A stretch of DNA of 64,000 nt from an uncultured delta proteobacterium (GTDB lineage: Bacteria; Desulfobacterota; Desulfobacteria; Desulfobacterales; JAFDCJ01): contig CAVYNY010000022.1 in assembly GCA_963769935.1 (NCBI GenBank), positions 256,001 through 320,000 of the forward strand, in the 5' to 3' direction. Shown piece after piece: positions 50,073 through 60,521 of the stretch. Under the pieces are notes generated by a model. The model saw nothing but the letters and a program-made list of their open reading frames with translations. It was not told the origin of the DNA and searched no databases. The first letter of the stretch is position 1. Each line of letters starts with the position of its first letter. A program made the translations under genes and the position numbers.

Positions 50073-51792
50073 TTGCCTTGATTTCCAGGGATACCCTTAA
50101 TTTGGTTTTGTCACTTTCAGGAGCGACATTTAAATAGTTGAGCGTTTGCTGGGCGATATCTTTAAATACCGGTGCGGCAACTGCGCCCCCGTAATAACTT
50201 TCCTTGGGTTCATCGATGACGACCAGAATCGCTATTTGCGGATGATCGGCCGGCGTAAATCCCACAAAAGAGGCCATATGTTTGCTGTTCGAATATTTTC
50301 CATTTTCATCGAGCTTGCGGGTGGTGCCTGTTTTACCGCAAACCGAATATCCATCCAGAGCGGCATTTACGCCGGTGCCGCCCTCGGTAATGACGGACTG
50401 CATTATTTTTTTTACAATGCCGGCTGTTCGGGCGGAAACGACACGCCGCACCTGCTGTGCCTTGTAGGTTTTAACGGGAAGACCGTTTTGATCGGTCAGC
50501 TCCTTTACAATATAAGGTTTCATGAGGATTCCGTCATTGGCGATAGCCGAAACCGCCGTTATCAATTGAACGGCTGAAACGGCCAATCCATGACCGAAAG
50601 AAATGGCACCGATGTCTATATCCGACCAGGAGGAATAATAGGAGAGACTGCCGGTTGTTTCACCGGGGCAGTCAATGCCTGTTTTCTCGCCAAAACCAAA
50701 GCTGTGAAATGTTTGATAAAGCTTTTTGGCTCCCACCTTTTCACCGACTTTTGCAGCCCCGATGTTACTGGAGAACTTAATGATTTGCCGCAGCGACAGC
50801 CAGCCATGCCGTTCGATATCATGAACGACATTTCTCCCAATTTTATAGGCGCCGTTCTCACAATAAAAAATGTCGTCTGGTTTGATGTTGCCATATTCCA
50901 GTGCTGCCGCCGCGCTGAAAATCTTGATGGTTGAGCCCGGCTCAAATGGATCGGTGATGGCCCGGTTGCGCCAGAGGGATCGGTCGTATTCCAAATAGGA
51001 ATTCGGATTGATCGTCGGATATTGAGCGATCGCCAGAATGGCGCCTGTCTGCGGCTGCATGACAATTGCCAAAGCGGATGCCGCTGAATATTGATCAACA
51101 GCCTGCTGCAGGGCGTTTTCAGTTATATACTGGATGGTGCTGTCAATGGTCAGTACCAGGTTATGCCCGCTGTCGGCCGTCATTTGCCGGTTTTCGGGAC
51201 TAAAACCGTTGCCCAGGGCATCCTGGAAGAACGTAAAATTATTGTGATTTCCTGTCAGCTGACGGTTGTAGAAAAATTCAATACCTTCCAAGCCCCCGCC
51301 ATCCAAACCGGTAAAACCCAGCGCCTGGGCCGCTAAAGTCGTATTGGGATAATAGCGGTTGTATTCCTGGACAAAATCGATGCCCGGCAACTCAAGATCT
51401 TTAACCAGGCTGGTTTCTTTGGCCGTTGTTTGGCGCTTGATCCAGACAAAGGATTTGTCGATTGTGAGCCGTTTTTTGACAGCACGCGCGTCCAACTTCA
51501 AAATTTTAGCCAGAGCCTTGGCACTTGCGTTAATATCCTTTATCCGGGACGGGTAGGCAGCAATCGATGTCACATTCACGCTGACGGCCATTTCCCGCAT
51601 ATTGCGGTCATAAATAATGCCGCGCTTGCCGGATGTGGTTAACGATTTTTCATACTGACCGGTGGCTATCTGCGACAGCCACTGACTCCGATAAACTTGC
51701 AACTGTACCGCTTTGGCGACAATGGCCGCAAAGGCCCCCAGAAAGATGAGACCCACCAGCAGGATTCGCATTTTGAAATATTTATTTTCCAT
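50065..51792 (-). CDS. ftsI: Penicillin-binding protein FtsI
   Basis: RGIIYDRN, EPGSTIK (SxxK), SSN, KTGT. Confidence 0.95.
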   Translation of the reverse strand: MENKYFKMRILLVGLIFLGAFAAIVAKAVQLQVYRSQWLSQIATGQYEKSLTTSGKRGIIYDRNMREMAVSVNVTSIAAYPSRIKDINASAKALAKILKLDARAVKKRLTIDKSFVWIKRQTTAKETSLVKDLELPGIDFVQEYNRYYPNTTLAAQALGFTGLDGGGLEGIEFFYNRQLTGNHNNFTFFQDALGNGFSPENRQMTADSGHNLVLTIDSTIQYITENALQQAVDQYSAASALAIVMQPQTGAILAIAQYPTINPNSYLEYDRSLWRNRAITDPFEPGSTIKIFSAAAALEYGNIKPDDIFYCENGAYKIGRNVVHDIERHGWLSLRQIIKFSSNIGAAKVGEKVGAKKLYQTFHSFGFGEKTGIDCPGETTGSLSYYSSWSDIDIGAISFGHGLAVSAVQLITAVSAIANDGILMKPYIVKELTDQNGLPVKTYKAQQVRRVVSARTAGIVKKIMQSVITEGGTGVNAALDGYSVCGKTGTTRKLDENGKYSNSKHMASFVGFTPADHPQIAILVVIDEPKESYYGGAVAAPVFKDIAQQTLNYLNVAPESDKTKLRVSLEIKANG

Positions 51793-51896
51793 CACGAATC
51801 AGGTTCTCATTTTTTCTACTCTGATAATTTATAGCCAATGCCTGATACAGAATAGCTTGGGTTTTAGGTTCCTTATTAAAAAGGCTATCATCATTA

Positions 51897-51937
51897 ATTT
51901 TAGGCAATTTAGGCATTTTAGTTCATTTCAGGCATTT
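51897..51937. repeat. 9-mer array, reverse complement of the tgcctaaaN family
   Basis: ttttaggcaatttaggcattttagttcatttcaggcattt. Confidence 0.75.
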
Positions 51938-51941
51938 ATAT

Positions 51942-52253
51942 TTATGGCATCACGATTGTTTGTTTCGCCCTCGGCGAAATCAAACCCAGCTGCTCTCTGG
52001 CTATTTTGGCAATGCGCCGGGGAGATTTAAGACGCGCCAGTTCAATTGTTAAGTTATCCTGCATCGCGGAGAGTTGTTGGACGGTTTGGGCCTGCTTGGC
52101 GATATCATACTTAACCTGGGTGGACTGTACCCGACACCACGTGTAAAAAAGGAGTTCGGCGATGAATACGGCCATCAAAACCAGACAGGTCATAACCATT
52201 TTCGGGTTGCGTTGCTTGCGCTTCCGGTTGCTGATCTTTACGTTTTTGGCCAT
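51942..52253 (-). CDS. ftsL: Cell division protein FtsL
   Basis: 103 aa, single TM, coiled coil, SPRRIAKIAREQLGL; between rsmH and ftsI. Confidence 0.88.
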   Translation of the reverse strand: MAKNVKISNRKRKQRNPKMVMTCLVLMAVFIAELLFYTWCRVQSTQVKYDIAKQAQTVQQLSAMQDNLTIELARLKSPRRIAKIAREQLGLISPRAKQTIVMP

Positions 52254-52267
52254 CGTATGAAAGATTC

Positions 52268-52453
52268 AGTTGATTCGATTACTGGTTGATGAGTTATAAA
52301 GGATCGTTTAGTACGTTTTGATCGTCCCGGTTAAACAAAAGACAAAAAGGTTTAACGGGATAAATTCGGATCGTTAAGGTCGTCACCGTCTCATCTTCCC
52401 GGCTTCTGATCTTCTCAACTTCTGAGGTTCTAATTTTCTCACCTTCTGTCTTC
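52268..52453. repeat. Polarised short-tandem-repeat mosaic between rsmH and ftsL
   Basis: gttgat and gatcgtt units, then ttctNNNc 8-mers. Confidence 0.7.
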
Positions 52454-53391
52454 TATAACTTCTCCGCGGCCCGCAGACGTGTGCTGCGGGCCATGGGGTT
52501 GGCCGTGATTTCTTCTGCCGTCGGCCGGACCACTTTTTTTGTCAGAATTCGAACCTGCGGTTTTTGACCGCAAACACAGCGGGGCAGCTGCGGCGGACAG
52601 GTGCATCCTTTCTCGAGCGCTTTCAGCCGCTGTTTTACGATGCGGTCTTCCAGCGAATGAAAGGACAGCACACACAGACGGCCCCCCGGGTTTAAAAAAT
52701 CCGCAGCGGATTCCAAAAACGTCTTGAGGGTATCCAGTTCTTTGTTTACGGCGATTCGCAGGGCCATAAACACCCGGGTGGCAGGGTGGATCTTTTGCCT
52801 GGACGCCGCCTGCCGCGGAATTGAATCAACCACAATTTGAGCCAACTGTTTGCTGGTATTGATTTTTTTCTGTCGTCTTACTTTTACGATGTTGCGGGCA
52901 ATTTGTCTGGCCCAGCGCTCCTCGCCGTATTCTTTGAATATTTTTTGCAGATCATCCTGCGCTGAATTGTTGACGAGCATTTCGGCCGTTTCCCGTGTTT
53001 GAATATTCATCCGCATATCAAGCGGCTCTTCTTTGCGGAAGCTGAATCCCCGACCGCTGTCCTCGAGCTGATGCAGCGATACGCCCAGGTCCAGCAGCAG
53101 GCCGTCGACTGCATTAATATTTAATTGTGAAAGAAACTCAGGGAGACGAACAAAATTGCCGTGTATGAGGTGAATGTGTAAGGAATAATTTTGCAGGGCG
53201 GTCTTCGCATGATTGATGGCATCGATGTCCTGATCAATTCCGACAAACACACCGCCCGGGGTTATTTTGCCGCAGATCGCGCCGGCATGTCCTGCACCGC
53301 CCAGCGTGCCGTCGACATATATTTTGCCGGGCCGGCAATTCAGGTAGAAAACCACCTCGTTTAGCATTGCTGGGATATGCCTGTAAGACAT
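52453..53391 (-). CDS. rsmH: 16S rRNA C1402 N4-methyltransferase
   Basis: DGTLGGAGH, DLGVS, PLDMRM, HPATRVFMALRIAVN, SFHSLEDRIVK. Confidence 0.97.
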   Translation of the reverse strand: MSYRHIPAMLNEVVFYLNCRPGKIYVDGTLGGAGHAGAICGKITPGGVFVGIDQDIDAINHAKTALQNYSLHIHLIHGNFVRLPEFLSQLNINAVDGLLLDLGVSLHQLEDSGRGFSFRKEEPLDMRMNIQTRETAEMLVNNSAQDDLQKIFKEYGEERWARQIARNIVKVRRQKKINTSKQLAQIVVDSIPRQAASRQKIHPATRVFMALRIAVNKELDTLKTFLESAADFLNPGGRLCVLSFHSLEDRIVKQRLKALEKGCTCPPQLPRCVCGQKPQVRILTKKVVRPTAEEITANPMARSTRLRAAEKL

Positions 53392-53395
53392 CGGT

Positions 53396-53842
53396 TTAAA
53401 TTCCTAACTTGGCAATTTCGTTTCTGAGCTCCTCCTTTTGCATGTTTTTCTGCAAAGCCATTTGCTGCTTTTCCCATTTTTCCAGCGACCAGATTTCAAA
53501 GTGCCGCAATACGCCGACCAGAGCGATCTCTTTTTCTAACTCGGCCTGCTGTCTGAGGGTCGGCGGAATGAGAATCCGCTCCTGTTTGTCGCATAAACAT
53601 TCAAACGCACCGCCGATGAAGACCCGTCTGAATTGGCGCATGTACTCGTTTGTTTCAGCCAGGGATAAAATTTTATTCTCTATTTTGTGCCACTCTTCAA
53701 AGGGATAGGCGAACAGACAACTATCCATGGCCGAGACCATCACGCCGGAATTTTCATCCGATTTAATATGATCACGAAACCGGGCCGGTATAATGATGCG
53801 GCCCTTGGCGTCGATTGTATGATGAGAAGATCCGCGGAACAT
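53396..53842 (-). CDS. mraZ: Division/cell-wall cluster repressor MraZ
   Basis: MFRG...DAKGRIIIP, DKQERILIP, FEIWS. Confidence 0.95.
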   Translation of the reverse strand: MFRGSSHHTIDAKGRIIIPARFRDHIKSDENSGVMVSAMDSCLFAYPFEEWHKIENKILSLAETNEYMRQFRRVFIGGAFECLCDKQERILIPPTLRQQAELEKEIALVGVLRHFEIWSLEKWEKQQMALQKNMQKEELRNEIAKLGI

Positions 53843-53845
53843 TTA

Positions 53846-53881
53846 TTCCAATATTCTCCACAATTATCCACTTTGCTCCCC
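53846..53881 (-). promoter_or_regulatory. MraZ-binding direct repeats
   Basis: Four (G)TGG-type boxes at 10-bp periodicity (plus strand tcca at 53847, 53857, 53867; tccc at 53877) just upstream of mraZ. Confidence 0.75.
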
Positions 53882-53910
53882 ATTAAATTACAGATTCCTG
53901 AGAGTGTCAA
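53882..53910 (-). promoter_or_regulatory. Sigma70 promoter of the dcw cluster
   Basis: Minus strand TTGACA-17 bp-TTTAAT, adjacent to the MraZ boxes. Confidence 0.7.
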
Positions 53911-54274
53911 GAGAATTTTGAAATAAATTTTCTAATTTCTAAAATAATTTTGAACTGTTAAAAGATTTAATACCCGCCAAAATAGGGCGGAGTGATTAGG
54001 CTTTTAAATCAGCCTGGGACAATGAGCCATAGATAACGGACAAAACAAATTGACTCGTTTTCAACAATGATTTGAGCGTCAATAATCTGTCGTGACGCTT
54101 CGATATTCATCTTTCCTAATTGTAATCCGCAGGTTCCAACTAAATCCCGGTGATTTCCTAATTGCCCATGGCCGTCTCTAACTTATTTAATTTCAACATG
54201 TTAATCATTGCAGCGAGAAATAGACGGACTCACGAAAAATATTCAATCCACTCTGGATTGCAGAATAAATCCAA

Positions 54275-54291
54275 TAGGCATGTAATTTGCA
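54275..54291 (+). promoter_or_regulatory. Candidate sigma54 (-24/-12) promoter
   Basis: taGGcatgtaatttGCa: GG-N10-GC spacing with TTGCA. Confidence 0.5.
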
Positions 54292-54680
54292 GTAATTACT
54301 GCAATTTGTATACGAACGGCTGATTCATTCTTGTTATGCCCGCTAATCCATCAGCCACGCTTTTCCTTGCAAGCCGGAATCAGTTCGGCGCGAGTACTCA
54401 ATTGCCGTTTAGTACAACCGAGTCAGCCCGGCTAGATTAAAAATATTATTTTAATTCGGGATGATACATCAATTTTTCGGATGTAATTGACAAGGCGGAG
54501 CTGCAATATTTGAGGCAGGTTTCCCTTGGTCTGCCGTGGATATCTTGCAGACCGAATAGCCGGTCCGGTCAACCAAACTCTTCGTCATAGGTTTTTATCC
54601 CATCCTGCCTCTTCAAGGTTTAAGGGATTGATTCTAAACGAACGAATTCGGCTATTATTTTAACAAGCGCTGGGAATCGA

Positions 54681-55761
54681 ATGAATAAGCCAACTTTTCC
54701 ACTCCTATCGGTCATTGTGCCCTGTTATAACGAACAGGATGTTATCAACGCGACACATCAGAGGCTTATGGAGACCCTCGGTGATAATCCTGAGTTTACG
54801 CTTGAGATCATCTATGTGAACGATGGCAGTCGTGATCAGACCGAGGCGTTGCTTTTCGACCTGGCCGGCGGCGACAGTAGAGTAAAGGTGATCTCATTGT
54901 CGCGAAACTTTGGTCATCAACCTGCGGTAACCGCAGGCCTGGCATATGCAACCGGCGATATAATTGGGATCATCGATGCTGACCTGCAAGACCCGCCTGA
55001 GGTGATCCTTCAAATGATAAACAAATGGCGCGAAGGGTTTGATGTCGTTTACGGTATTCGTACCCATCGCAAAGAGGGCCTGTTTAAACGTCTCTCTTAC
55101 GCAAGCTTCTATAGACTGTACCGATCACTTGCCAGCGTTGACGTGCAACTTAACAGCGGGGATTTCGCCCTGCTGGATCGGCGCGTAGCCGATGTGCTGA
55201 ACTCCCTGCCCGAGAAAAACCGGTTCATCCGCGGACTCAGGGCGTGGACCGGTTTTAGACAGACCGGTTTGGTTTATGAAAGAGCGGTCCGTGCTGCCGG
55301 GGAGTCCAAGTATTCCTTCAAAGAACTTATCAAACTCGCTTTTGACGGGATTTTCAATTTCTTCTACCGCTCCACTTACAATCATTTTCATAACCGGAAT
55401 CGTTACCGCTTTTACAGCCGTTGCCGCTGCATTTGTATACCTGCTGGCCCGTCTATTCAATTATACAATCTTTGGCAACAGCCCAGGGGATGTACCCGGC
55501 TTTTCTACCATTATTATCGCAATTTTGTTTTTCAGCGGTGTGCAGCTGATTTCAGTCGGCATTCTGGGAGAATACCTTGGGAGGCTTTACCAGGAGGCCA
55601 AAATGCGTCCTCCATTTATCGTCAAGGAAGTGCGAGGTCTGAAGTCATTAGTCTCAACCCGGAGTGATTTACCGGGTTTCCGCCTCCCGCACCTGTCAAA
55701 CTTACCGGCTGCCGATGAGCCATTCGAAGGATCATCAACTATAGATCAATGGAAAAAATAG
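54681..55761 (+). CDS. GT2 bactoprenol glycosyltransferase (GtrB-like), frameshifted at about 55361
   Basis: VPCYNEQ, SRNFGHQPA, DADLQDPPE, SGDFALLDR; C-terminal TMs and GILGEYLGR...RP continue in another frame. Confidence 0.88.
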
Positions 55762-55867
55762 CACGGATACTGAAGCTGAAACAGCCCCAAATGGTCTTGA
55801 GCGGTCTGAACCATAATTTTCTTTATGGTGTCCTTCCCGGCGATTTCAACTTTTCGCTGATTCCAAG

Positions 55868-57657
55868 TTGTCAATTTCATATCCAAAGAAAAAGTCGCAG
55901 ATAGTGAGAGAAAAAGGATTCTTAAGTTCGAGTAGAAGCACCTGGTCTCTGGTAGCCGTAGGATTGGCGTTATTGGCTCCTATTTTAGTGTATCAAGGTT
56001 TAATGCTGGGCGGCGATGATGTTCTATATGCCAAATTGGCAGCCAATATGGCATCCGGTAAACCCACTTTCGGCATTAACACACATACATTCCGTTTGGG
56101 ATTCATCGCGCCAATAGCAGGCTTGTACGCAATCTTTGGGATCCACGATTGGACAACCCTCGCCTTTCCAATACTGTGCACCCTGCTTGCCGTATTATTA
56201 GCCGCCTATGCGGCCTACAGGTTAAATGGCGTATCAGCTGCTGCCTGGGCGGCACTAATATGTGGGTTTAACCCGATTTTATTCAGAAATGGTTTGACCG
56301 CTATGCCGGATCTTCCGGCTGGCTTTCTTTATGGTTTATTTATCGTGGCCTGGTTGCTGCTGACGGCCGATCGTGTTCAAAAAAGGCGGCTTTGGGCCTT
56401 TATTGCGGGTCTCGCGTGCGCCTGGGCCATTGCCACCCGTATTAGTATGGCGCCGATGGTAATGATGACCCTGCTGGGGTTCTTGGTCTGAGCCGGCGAC
56501 GATCCGCCGGGCGTAAGTTCCCTTTTACTTATTTTTTCTTCGGCGGCTGTTTGGTGGGGATCCCTTTTTTGCTGTCCTTCTGGTACGGCACCGGCACGCC
56601 GTTATATTTTTTAGATGCCGCCCAAGGGGGGTATAATGCTGACGGTGCTCCCTGGCTGAAACCATTAACAGGATTACGACTATGGACCAGGTTATCCGGA
56701 CTATCCATCCTTAAGGCGTCGGTTGAGGGTTATCTGTTCGCAGTCTTCCCGATAATAGTGACGATGATTACCCTCGGCAGAGATCCAACTGCTGCAGATT
56801 TAAACGACGTTCGCAGGCATCTCTTGCTTGCCATTATCTCCCCGCTGCTCATTTTAAGCCATTTTTCAACCAGTTTTTCGCATTGGCAGCCCGTTCACCT
56901 GGATCTTCGCTTCGGCAGCGCCATTATTATTCCAGCTGCAGTATTAGCAGCAGATGCCTGTGAAAACCTGACGAGATTTCGGTTTTCCAGTTTGACGAAG
57001 TTCGCATCGATTTTAGCCTTATTAGTTTCCGCGTTTTTCCTGGCAATTGGTATATTGCAGCATAATTTCTGGACCATTGCAGGGGCGGCGGCATCCCTAA
57101 TCGTCAGCGTAGCGATTTTGAATGCACAACGCTGGCCTGGATACCTTCTTCCCACTTTGGTCGTGATGACTCTGTCGTTAAACTGGGGGTACTACATCCG
57201 TCACGATTACCGGGACGAGATGGCACAGTACCGCAGGATGCGCATTGAGGCTGAGGCGGTGCCATGGGATTCTAAAATACCGATTCTAACCGATAGTGTT
57301 ACGGCACAATATCTTCCGTATTTGAAATCTTTCACCATTGAGCCGAAAGTCGCCCGCTGGAAGGGCGAGGGGGAAACCAGCCCGCCCTTCCAGTGGGCCG
57401 ATCAACGCGATGCCCCCTGGCCGGGGAAATATATTTTAGTGTGGTATCCGCAACGGGCCTATTTTCAAACGAGACGGTGGGGAGGAAATCTGCCGCAATG
57501 GGTATTAGACCAAGCTGCTGCGGGTAAGTTGCTTTATCAGTTCCAATTTGAGTCTGTTGAGTCAACCCACAATGTATTTGATCGTCGCAGGACGCGGAGC
57601 AACGAATACCTGACCTGGCCGCGAGCCGGAATTTATCTGGTCAACGGACAATCATGA
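55868..57657 (+). CDS. GT-C (ArnT/PMT-like) membrane glycosyltransferase, frameshifted at about 56485
   Basis: DD motif after the first TM (GGDDVLY), many TMs; two ORFs (55868-56491, 56551-57657) join with a 1-base correction. Confidence 0.65.
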
Positions 57658-58436
57658 GCGAGGAACCAAGTCGACAGCTAAAAGCGCCTGATTTTGCAAA
57701 AACGCGATACAACCGGACCATGCGCAAGATCTGGCCCTGGCCGATGGTATTACTGGAGGAAATTGCGGCATTGTTGGATGATCTGCCCGGCGGTTTGTGG
57801 CTAGACGCCGGTTGCGGAGATGGACAACTCGTAGATTTGGCCGGAAGGCATCGGCCGGTTGTCGGTCTGGATTTAGACGAAACCAGGCTTGGACGTGCCC
57901 AAGCTCGTCCTTACCTTTCTGTCGTGCAGGGCTCCGTTGCATCTTTGCCGTTCGCGCAAGAAAGTTTAAGCGGAATTATGTGCATTGAGACGTTAGAGCA
58001 CATTTTGGACCTGACGGCGGTCCTAAAAGAATTCCACCGTTGTCTGCGCCCCGATGGATTTCTCCTGATCAGTATGCCGTCGGTGACTCTGCGCAGCCGC
58101 TGGCAGATGAAATGTTCGGGGAAGCCGGTTTACTGCTCTCCCGCGGAACACGTTCGCGAACTTTCAGCTGTTCCAATATCCGGATATCCAAACCGGTTTA
58201 AGACATGGGAATGGCTGGAAAGAATTATGCTCCAATCCGGCTTTAAAAAGATAAGACAAGGCGGGGTTGGGTATTTATTTCCGATGTGGCGGGGAAAATT
58301 AAGCTGGTGGGAGCATTTTATGAATATTCTTTACCGGGAAAAAATCAATCGATTGATCGGAAAGCTTCCGGCAGTCCGAAATTACCCCTACTATTGTATT
58401 TACCTGTTTCGCCGGAATATCAGCGTCAGTTCCTGA
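57654..58436 (+). CDS. Class I SAM-dependent methyltransferase
   Basis: LDAGCGDG, LPFAQES, ETLEHI, LRPDG. Confidence 0.88.
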   Translation: MSEEPSRQLKAPDFAKTRYNRTMRKIWPWPMVLLEEIAALLDDLPGGLWLDAGCGDGQLVDLAGRHRPVVGLDLDETRLGRAQARPYLSVVQGSVASLPFAQESLSGIMCIETLEHILDLTAVLKEFHRCLRPDGFLLISMPSVTLRSRWQMKCSGKPVYCSPAEHVRELSAVPISGYPNRFKTWEWLERIMLQSGFKKIRQGGVGYLFPMWRGKLSWWEHFMNILYREKINRLIGKLPAVRNYPYYCIYLFRRNISVSS

Positions 58437-58491
58437 AGGCCTATAAATTTTAAGAAAATTTTTAACCCTCAGCTTATATATTTACTGGTGG

Positions 58492-59142
58492 ATGAAGGCC
58501 CCCGGTTTAGGCTTTCTATGTCAAAGACAGCGTTCAGCCATCCACCTGACACGTTTCTATATGTACCGGCATTTAGAAAAAGTATTGTCTGAATTATCTG
58601 TTGGCGGACAAGTCCTATCCATAAGCGGTCTGGGACCTATTCCTGAGATGCTGGCTACCCGGGTATCTCATATTGTAGAAACCAAGTATCCCGAAGCGGA
58701 TATTCAGGCGTTGCCTTATGAAAATGACAGCTTTGATATCGTAGTATCCGATCAGGTTTTGGAGCACGTATTCGACCCTGTCCAGGCTGTCAACGAGAGC
58801 TTGCGAGTGGTCCGACCCGGTGGGTTGATCATTCACACCACATGCTTTATGAATCCGATTCATCTTTATCCGGTAGACTTGTGGCGCTTCAGCCCAGGGG
58901 CTTTGGCTCATCTATCTCGAAACGCCGAAATCATCGATACCGGAGGATGGGGCAACCGATCGGCGTTGTTATTCGTACTCATGGGCGTCGGCCATCATCT
59001 GATACCGCTGCACCCCCATCATCCGCTGCATCGGATTGCTTTATATAATGACGAGAAATATCCGATCGTATCATGGCTGGTTGCGCGGCGACCTTTGGCA
59101 AACGGCGCGACAACACCCCATGCCGGCCGACAGGCCTATTGA
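58492..59142 (+). CDS. Class I SAM-dependent methyltransferase (type 11-like); start uncertain
   Basis: LPYENDSFDIVVSDQVLEHV, RVVRPGG, DLWRFSP. Confidence 0.82.
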   Translation: MKAPGLGFLCQRQRSAIHLTRFYMYRHLEKVLSELSVGGQVLSISGLGPIPEMLATRVSHIVETKYPEADIQALPYENDSFDIVVSDQVLEHVFDPVQAVNESLRVVRPGGLIIHTTCFMNPIHLYPVDLWRFSPGALAHLSRNAEIIDTGGWGNRSALLFVLMGVGHHLIPLHPHHPLHRIALYNDEKYPIVSWLVARRPLANGATTPHAGRQAY

Positions 59143-59268
59143 TGCTGTTTGGGAATCTGCCGACACGCTGCAAAAGAGCATGCAGCACTTCGGCTTTATT
59201 CGCTCCCCATTTTCAATGATGGTGCCCTTTCTAAATAATTTCCATTTTTTTACTGAGGATCATCTAAG

Positions 59269-60435
59269 ATGCGCATCGCCTATACTGCGTTGATTGAGAT
59301 AGATGTATCGAATGCCTGTTTGATTCACACACGTGAGATAACGGAGCAAATTGCTGCTCTCGGCCATGAAGTGATCTTGTTTTTACCGAATCCGCTACGC
59401 TTTCAAAAGTGGAAGCAGATAAATCATGTTTGGGTTAAACAGTGGGGATTTGGCGGTATTAAAGAAGCACTGTTTCATCTCGAAAGTTTTTTGCGTCTTT
59501 TTCAGATTCATTTAAAAAAGCGCTTTGACTTGCTCTATTTAAGGGAAATGTTTCACAATGGCTTGATTCCATATTTGTGCAAGTGGTTGCATCTGCCCCT
59601 GTTTGTTGAAGTGAACGGCTGGCTGCTTGATGATTTGCGGCTTAGAGATGCTTCTCCCAAAAATATCGCGCGGGCCGCCGAAAGGCAGCGGCGGCTCTTT
59701 CATCAGGCCACCGGTATCGTCGCAAGTACCTTCGGCGTTGCTGAGGATATAGCAGAAATTTACGGTGTGGATAGACATAAAATCTTTGTGCAACAACTCG
59801 GTTCGAATCCGGTTCTATTTAAGCCTGGAGATAAAAGGAGGTCTCGTGAAAAACTAGGTCTGCCGGCCGACGCCGAGATATTCCTGTTTGCAGGCAGTTT
59901 CTCGAAGAACCACGATTTAAACTTGTTGCTGTCTGCCTTCAGTCTCTTTTCAAACAACAGGCCGCAATCCATTCTTGTTCTGATAGGTGATGGAACGACG
60001 CGTAAAGAAATGGAAAAGAAAGCCGGCGATCTCGGTACCTCGGAGAAAGTATTATTTGCCGGCTCGGTTTCTTATGAAAATGTAGGAATTTGGATGCAAG
60101 CAGCAGATGTCGGTATCATACCGCTTACCGACTGCAATATACGTCGGCGCAATGGGTGTATGACCCTGAAGCTGTGGGATTACCTTGCTTCCGGCTTGCC
60201 GGTAATTGCCACCGACTTACCCGGCACCCGGACCTATCGTGATCTCATGGATTACGTAATTTCTGTCGAGCCCAATAATGAAAAAATGATGGCTGAAGCC
60301 ATGCTGCAGCTTATGGAAAATTCCGAGAAAAGAAGACGGTTTTCTGAAAAAGGCAGACGCTTGGTAACGCAACAACGATCCTGGAAGCAGGCAGCACTGG
60401 AAACGGATGCCTTCATCCAGCGGCTATTGAGATAA
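59269..60435 (+). CDS. GT4-family glycosyltransferase
   Basis: EVNG, LIGDG, LKLWDYLASGLPVIATD. Confidence 0.88.
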   Translation: MRIAYTALIEIDVSNACLIHTREITEQIAALGHEVILFLPNPLRFQKWKQINHVWVKQWGFGGIKEALFHLESFLRLFQIHLKKRFDLLYLREMFHNGLIPYLCKWLHLPLFVEVNGWLLDDLRLRDASPKNIARAAERQRRLFHQATGIVASTFGVAEDIAEIYGVDRHKIFVQQLGSNPVLFKPGDKRRSREKLGLPADAEIFLFAGSFSKNHDLNLLLSAFSLFSNNRPQSILVLIGDGTTRKEMEKKAGDLGTSEKVLFAGSVSYENVGIWMQAADVGIIPLTDCNIRRRNGCMTLKLWDYLASGLPVIATDLPGTRTYRDLMDYVISVEPNNEKMMAEAMLQLMENSEKRRRFSEKGRRLVTQQRSWKQAALETDAFIQRLLR

Positions 60436-60521
60436 AGACTTCGGACAAATGCAAAGCAAAATACCATCTCAACCCAACGATTGCGCCAATTCCGCCGCCG
60501 TGGTAAATTGCCTTCCAAGCA

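Noticed and set aside
5501..52453. Repeat arrays as CRISPR
   Set aside because: Periods are 7-9 bp with no unique spacers, and no cas genes are present
56489..56491. TGA as selenocysteine or readthrough
   Set aside because: The downstream ORF is in a different frame, so this is a frameshift
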